Positions 60,401-64,000 of a stretch of 64,000 nucleotides of DNA are shown here, piece by piece. The notes under the pieces are model-generated. The model did not search any database, was not told where the DNA came from, and saw only the letters and a list, made by a program, of their open reading frames with translations. Where the stretch lies: NCBI GenBank assembly GCA_034088265.1, contig JAXDWR010000078.1:39335-103334 (forward strand), written 5' to 3'. The number at the start of each line of letters is the position of its first letter. The first letter of the stretch is position 1. The position numbers were made by a program, and so were the translations under genes. The stretch is from Collinsella sp. GTDB taxonomy: Bacteria > Actinomycetota > Coriobacteriia > Coriobacteriales > Coriobacteriaceae.

Positions 60401-61821
60401 TAGCTCTTCCAGTTGTTCCACGAGAAGTCGGCGTTGAGGAAGATGCCCACTTTGCTGGGCTCGGACTGCTGCATGGGGTTGATGACGCAACCCGCGAGGG
60501 TTCCCGGCGTCACATCGGCGCCCAGGGCGTTCTCGTAGCCACCCATGGAGAGATGGTCGCGCGTGTTGTCGGTGCAGGGCCAGTTGATCCACATGAAGGG
60601 CTTGGTGCCGCCCGCCTTGGCGATGAAGGCGTCGATCGTCGATTTATCGGCCTTGCCCCACACACGGGTGCCCGTCATGATGGGTCGGATGTTCTCGGGC
60701 AGCTGGTCGTACCACGACTCGCCCGCCTGGGCATAGTTGGCCGCGACGAACGGGACCACGTCCTTGAGGCCCTCGTACTTGGGCGAACCGTCCTCGTTCT
60801 TCATGGCCTGGAGCTCGTGGAGCCACGTGGTGAGGTCGCCGAGAAGGCGGAGGTAGTTCGCGCTTCCCGGATCGCGCGCGTCGTCAGCCGAGAGCATGAT
60901 CTGGCGGCATCCGGCATCGATGACCTGGAGGTACTTGGCCTTGAGAGCCGCGAGATCCTGTTCGTACGACGACCCGAAGCCGATCGGGTTGCTCATGAAC
61001 GGATGGAGCGCATAGACGAAGCGGCACTTGGACTCGTTGCCCGCCTCGGCGAGGGCGCTGATCTTGGCGAGCTCCTCGGGGGTGTAGAGATCGCGCCACT
61101 TGGCGTTGTGCTTGGGATCGTCCTTCGGCGCGTAGATGTAAGCGTTCTGCTTGAGATAGCCGCCCCAGCGCATGAGCTCGGAGCGATCCTCCGTGCTCCA
61201 CGGGTTGCCGTAGTAGCCCTCGATGAATCCGCGCGTGTCGACGTCGGCATAGTCGGTCACGGTCAGCGCGGCGACGTTCTTGGACGGCGCCTGCTGCAAG
61301 ATCTGCCAGAGGGTCGTCACGCCATAGAAGGCGGAGTCGGCATCGCGACCCAGGACGATGATCCGCGCCGGCGCGGAACCGTCACCCGGCTCGACGGACA
61401 CCCAGTGGGCGTCGACGTTCTTGAAGTGGTCCGCGGATGGGGCCGAGGCCTCCTTGGCGGCGAGCTCGTCGACGGCCTCGCCAGAGCCCTTGATACCCAC
61501 CAGGACCTCGGTGCGGCCGGGCTCGTTGGAAGGGGCGTCGACCTTGTTGGCCTTCACTCCCTTGAGACCGAGCGCCTCGTCGAGACGCTTGGCGGTGGGA
61601 TCGTCGATCCCCGATTCGAGCACCACGTCGACGGTCTCGGGGAGCTCCAGGGCCCCCGATCCGTATTCGACCTGGTGCGGGGTCGGATAGATGGTGTACG
61701 TCTCTTTAGCCTCGGCCGATACCGGGGCTAGAACGCCCGCCGCCAGCGCGAGTGCGCAGGCCACGTAAGCCATGCGACTAAAGAGACCGCACCTCCCTAC
61801 ACGTTGTCTTTTCATTCCCAT
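57469..61821 (-). CDS. Cell-wall-anchored GH84 beta-N-acetylglucosaminidase (NagH/NagJ-like) with discoidin/CBM32-like modules, InlB B-repeat-like domain and sortase signal
   Basis: Signal peptide, IYPTP, RGFIEGYYGNPW, YAPKDDP, catalytic ADD, WINWP and NPMQ. DP.RDGYTFEGW repeat. MPQTG + TM + KR tail. Confidence 0.9.
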   Translation of the reverse strand: MGMKRQRVGRCGLFSRMAYVACALALAAGVLAPVSAEAKETYTIYPTPHQVEYGSGALELPETVDVVLESGIDDPTAKRLDEALGLKGVKANKVDAPSNEPGRTEVLVGIKGSGEAVDELAAKEASAPSADHFKNVDAHWVSVEPGDGSAPARIIVLGRDADSAFYGVTTLWQILQQAPSKNVAALTVTDYADVDTRGFIEGYYGNPWSTEDRSELMRWGGYLKQNAYIYAPKDDPKHNAKWRDLYTPEELAKISALAEAGNESKCRFVYALHPFMSNPIGFGSSYEQDLAALKAKYLQVIDAGCRQIMLSADDARDPGSANYLRLLGDLTTWLHELQAMKNEDGSPKYEGLKDVVPFVAANYAQAGESWYDQLPENIRPIMTGTRVWGKADKSTIDAFIAKAGGTKPFMWINWPCTDNTRDHLSMGGYENALGADVTPGTLAGCVINPMQQSEPSKVGIFLNADFSWNNWKSYEHADQVWKDSFTYVDSGKAAETDASRALRTLSEHMKWYQGGGVTFESRESDAVKPMLDAFRSKVEDGSVQPADIDEIEAFFKELQAAASTYAESADNASMREQIDPWIGFWTDGTDAALRYLKALRAHLDGDKDTLIIEYTQGKELFDDALLHSFPYVADTQYARAGTRTVWPVVESLGESLAPIAAEATGTVDVKATVSLKGLGTTGNPANIVDGDVETYAHFSGSNPTTNVNVGDSFTITYEPHQRADSLTFVQSVPAGRPQDVLKDALVEYTVDGETWIELGHVNGDATQTLDFPKTVDLKGVRFTNTQYYSGYWQVNEVSTSLVTAKPHEPFASVEPSQGDVPAIADGNTSTGATFAVPAEGANAGITYIKTTEIGQVRVVQGDAARAGVIEGLVNGAWTKIGSFESQADQTVALGKTVALNGVRLVVEGEGDWTLNEVAPGRVPSKVTPAMNEGMASYESFTLDKIADGDEGSYAHLKNEKDNNIRANDWVGLTFEPAARIGKITFVQDASGGDVIVKGKAEYQAEDGSWHKVGDVTSARTQVFEFDNVNAKAIRITNLENTAKWWKVFELAAEEGFESPAGAIVTDINGLAASGTADGTSATIQGGKIEIPAGSHVAIDLARIQADVKIDEASLQALLDAGLVPVSSINGLSWDGVEGDAAAAARFAGFANKGDKVIEFDLSTNPFKVTYPGVSGEFTFAGTSVEGHGTEAMRDGRLTTYWRPQDASGTLTYNVSDPLSGGQPRNGVHIVSWGEPASAKVEATVYTTPDYAETATVDLGVLDAPVKDLSFPEAAGEQFYGVKTVSVSWADGVVPSIAEIALLDTTFEPPVRPDTFTVTFDDGIEGTEDVVVTVEDGQKVAPIDDPVRDGYTFEGWFVVGPDGDTGEAFDFGKPVTSDVHLRAVWKKVSGGEGGSEGGGDTTQKPDGKPGSGSNEAMPQTGDDMSLMFAVVTALGAVALFSGVMAKRHDMS

Positions 61822-62058
61822 CTCTCCTTTGTTCGCGCCGTCATCTTCTTTCTCAAGACGGCCCAACCCAACCGTATGGCCCTCACCGATCCATCGATCG
61901 GCTCCAGGCCATACCCAACATCCCTATTTGCCAAATAGAGAAAACCTTTGAGAGATTACCATAGTTTTTATGAATAGAATGTCATGTGTAGCTTTATTCG
62001 TTGATATAAATACCCATATGCTTTTTTAACAGTGACATAATTACCCATTATCTAGATG

Positions 62059-62145
62059 AAAAAAGGGCCCCGATCCCTTCTTCCTCACTATCCCAGTGGA
62101 GTGGAATCCAACTGGAAGGGGTGAGAGAGAGGGATCGGGGCCCTT
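62059..62145 (-). terminator. Long hairpin terminator downstream of the aldolase
   Basis: 16-bp perfect base stem 62063-62078/62130-62145, extended inner pairing, and a T run on the minus strand. Confidence 0.7.
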
Positions 62146-62168
62146 GAAGGGGGCTGGGTCAGACGAGA

Positions 62169-63017
62169 CTAGGCGCGACCCACCGAGCCGAGGTTCTCCA
62201 TGCGGATCTTGACGATCTTGGTGATCTCCTCGGCGCCGGCCTTGCCGGGGTTCTTGGGATCGAAGTTGTTGGGGTTCTCGGCCATGTAAGCCATGTAGCC
62301 CCTGGTGTAGGCCTGACGCAGCTCGGTGGCGTAGTTGACCTTGCAGATACCGTTCTTGACGGCCTCGGCGACCTGCTCATCGGGCACGCCGGAGGTGCCG
62401 TGAAGGACCAGCGGCACGTCGACGGCGGCGCGGATGGCCTTCACGACGTCCTGGTCGATGTGGGGCTCCTCGGTGTAGACGCCGTGGGCGGTACCGACGC
62501 CGATGGCGAGGCTGGTGCAGCCGGTGCGCTCGACGAACTCCTTGGCCTCAACGGGATCGGTGTAGGGGGACTCGCCCTCGACCTCGACGTCGTCCTCCTT
62601 GCCGCCAACCTTGCCAAGCTCGGCCTCGACGGGGATGCCCATGGCGGCGCCGGCGTCGGCAACCAGCTTGGTGAGGGCGATGTTGTCCTCGAAGGTCTCG
62701 TGGGAGCCGTCGATCATGACGGAGGTGTAACCGGTGCGCAGGGCCTTCATGCAGCGATCGTAGCCGTCGCCGTGGTCCAGGTGGAGGGCCACGGGCACGG
62801 AAGCGCGCTCAGCAGCGGCCTTGACCATGCCGTAGAAGTAATCAAGGCCGGTCTTCTTGATGGTGCCGGAAGTGGTCTGCATGATGACGGGGGACTTGGT
62901 CTCCTCGGCAGCGGCCAGGACGGCCATGACGAACTCGAGGTTCTCGACGTTGAAGGCGCCGACGGCGTAGTGGTTCTTCTGCGCGTCGAGCAGCATCTCC
63001 TTGGTGGTAACGAGCAT
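62169..63017 (-). CDS. Class II fructose/tagatose-1,6-bisphosphate aldolase
   Basis: YAVGAFN, LHLDHG, SVMIDGS, VEAELGKVGGKEDD, GTAHG, LVLHGTSG and KVNYATEL motifs. Confidence 0.93.
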   Translation of the reverse strand: MLVTTKEMLLDAQKNHYAVGAFNVENLEFVMAVLAAAEETKSPVIMQTTSGTIKKTGLDYFYGMVKAAAERASVPVALHLDHGDGYDRCMKALRTGYTSVMIDGSHETFEDNIALTKLVADAGAAMGIPVEAELGKVGGKEDDVEVEGESPYTDPVEAKEFVERTGCTSLAIGVGTAHGVYTEEPHIDQDVVKAIRAAVDVPLVLHGTSGVPDEQVAEAVKNGICKVNYATELRQAYTRGYMAYMAENPNNFDPKNPGKAGAEEITKIVKIRMENLGSVGRA

Positions 63018-63171
63018 GAGCGTGCGCTCCCTCCTGTGCGCCCGGCAACGCCATAGCGCACCACAGCGCCGGACCCCTGCGGCCGGCTTTTCCTTGCCCA
63101 TATTGTACGAAAAAGCACATCTACGTGCGCGGACACCGTTTTGCATGAAGACGTCTGGAGCCTGAGAGGAT

Positions 63172-63268
63172 AAAAGGAAACGAAAGCCGCGCGCCATCCA
63201 AGTGACGTGCCCTCCTTTTGGTTTCCTTTCGACCTGCCTTTCTTTTTGACAAAGGAAAGGAAAGCGAA
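63172..63268. promoter_or_regulatory. Clusters of 5-nt periodic GAAAG/CTTTC repeats, probable DeoR(AgaR)-type operators
   Basis: AAAAGGAAACGAAAG (63172-63186), CTTTTGGTTTCCTTTCG (63215-63231) and AAAGGAAAGGAAAGCGAA (63251-63268). TTGACA at 63246. Confidence 0.55.
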
Positions 63269-63360
63269 CGTGGTTTTCTTTGCATAAAGAAAGCTAAGGC
63301 AAGCGGGATTCTCCATAAACACGCTACACTTGCCCTATGCATGCCACGAGGGGAGGCCCC

Positions 63361-64000
63361 ATGACCCAATCCGGATCCAAGGCGTTTGCCGAAGAGCGCC
63401 GTGCCGCCATCATGCGCACCCTCGAGCGCGACGCCTCCGTCCAGGTGTCGGACCTCGCACGCACCTTCGGCGTCTCCGCCGTCACGATCCGTGGCGATCT
63501 CGACGCGCTCGAGGCCGACGGGAAGCTGCGGCGCACCCATGGCGGCGCCGTGTCGCTCCACAAGGCGCTGACCGTCTCGGTCCAGGACCGGCGCGTCAAC
63601 ATCAACGCCAAGGCCAAGCAGCTCATCGCCAAGCGCGCGCTCGAGTTCGTTCGGGATGGCGACACGATCCTCGTGGACTCGGGCACCACCGCCCTGGAAT
63701 TCGTGCGCACCCTCGACGCCCGCTCGGGCATCACCGTCGTGACCGCCGACATCACCATCGCCGACTACATAGACGACAGCATGCCCACGGTCGATGTCAT
63801 CTTGTTGGGGGGCGCCCTAAGGAAGGGGCATCGCTACCTCCACGGCATGCTCGCCCTGCGATCGCTCGAGGTGCTCCACACCGACCTCGCCGTCGTGTGC
63901 CCGGGCTCCTTCGTGCCCAGCCGTGGCTTCATGACGGACTACCCCCAGATGGCGCAACTCAAGCGAGCCTATTTCGAGGCGAGCGAGCGCACGGTCGCCC
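63361..64000 (+). CDS. DeoR/GlpR family transcriptional regulator (partial, runs off the right edge)
   Basis: Manual translation: MTQSGSKAFAEERR...VSDLARTFGVSAVTIRGDLDALE..GKLRRTHGGA...DSGTT. GGAGG RBS. Confidence 0.92.
   Translation, partial: MTQSGSKAFAEERRAAIMRTLERDASVQVSDLARTFGVSAVTIRGDLDALEADGKLRRTHGGAVSLHKALTVSVQDRRVNINAKAKQLIAKRALEFVRDGDTILVDSGTTALEFVRTLDARSGITVVTADITIADYIDDSMPTVDVILLGGALRKGHRYLHGMLALRSLEVLHTDLAVVCPGSFVPSRGFMTDYPQMAQLKRAYFEASERTVA

Overview
High-GC bacterial chromosomal segment, most consistent with a gut Coriobacteriia (Collinsella/Olsenella-like) genome; this is inferred from gene content, not from a search. It is mostly housekeeping and metabolic: aldehyde/alcohol dehydrogenases, feoA-feoB fusion, M18 peptidase, DegV, TetR-controlled ABC exporter, asd-lysC/thrC-thrB, mtnN, yihA, ligA, htrA, aspS, ppc, hisS, a sortase-anchored GH84 and a DeoR-linked class II aldolase. 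There are two accessory blocks. One is a mannose-class PTS sugar island bracketed by a 165-bp direct repeat (repeat offset 8,850 bp) that duplicates the convergent ends of clcF and aspS. The other is a lower-GC McrBC defence/cyclase block. Four things stand out. (1) An rnfCDGEA(B) operon has intact RnfC/D/G cofactor motifs, but RnfA and RnfE have lost all four canonical [2Fe-2S] cysteines and RnfB is reduced to a 62-aa membrane stub, suggesting a repurposed 'half-Rnf' electron conduit. (2) A glutamine-synthetase homolog missing key metal ligands sits next to a GlnR-like regulator and behind a GlnR-type box. (3) There are two further probable pseudo-enzymes: a deformylase with HVxxH, and a LevR-type activator lacking GAFTGA and Walker B. 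(4) A fluoride riboswitch controls a CLC-F exporter. No tRNA, rRNA, CRISPR array, integrase or transposase was recognised.
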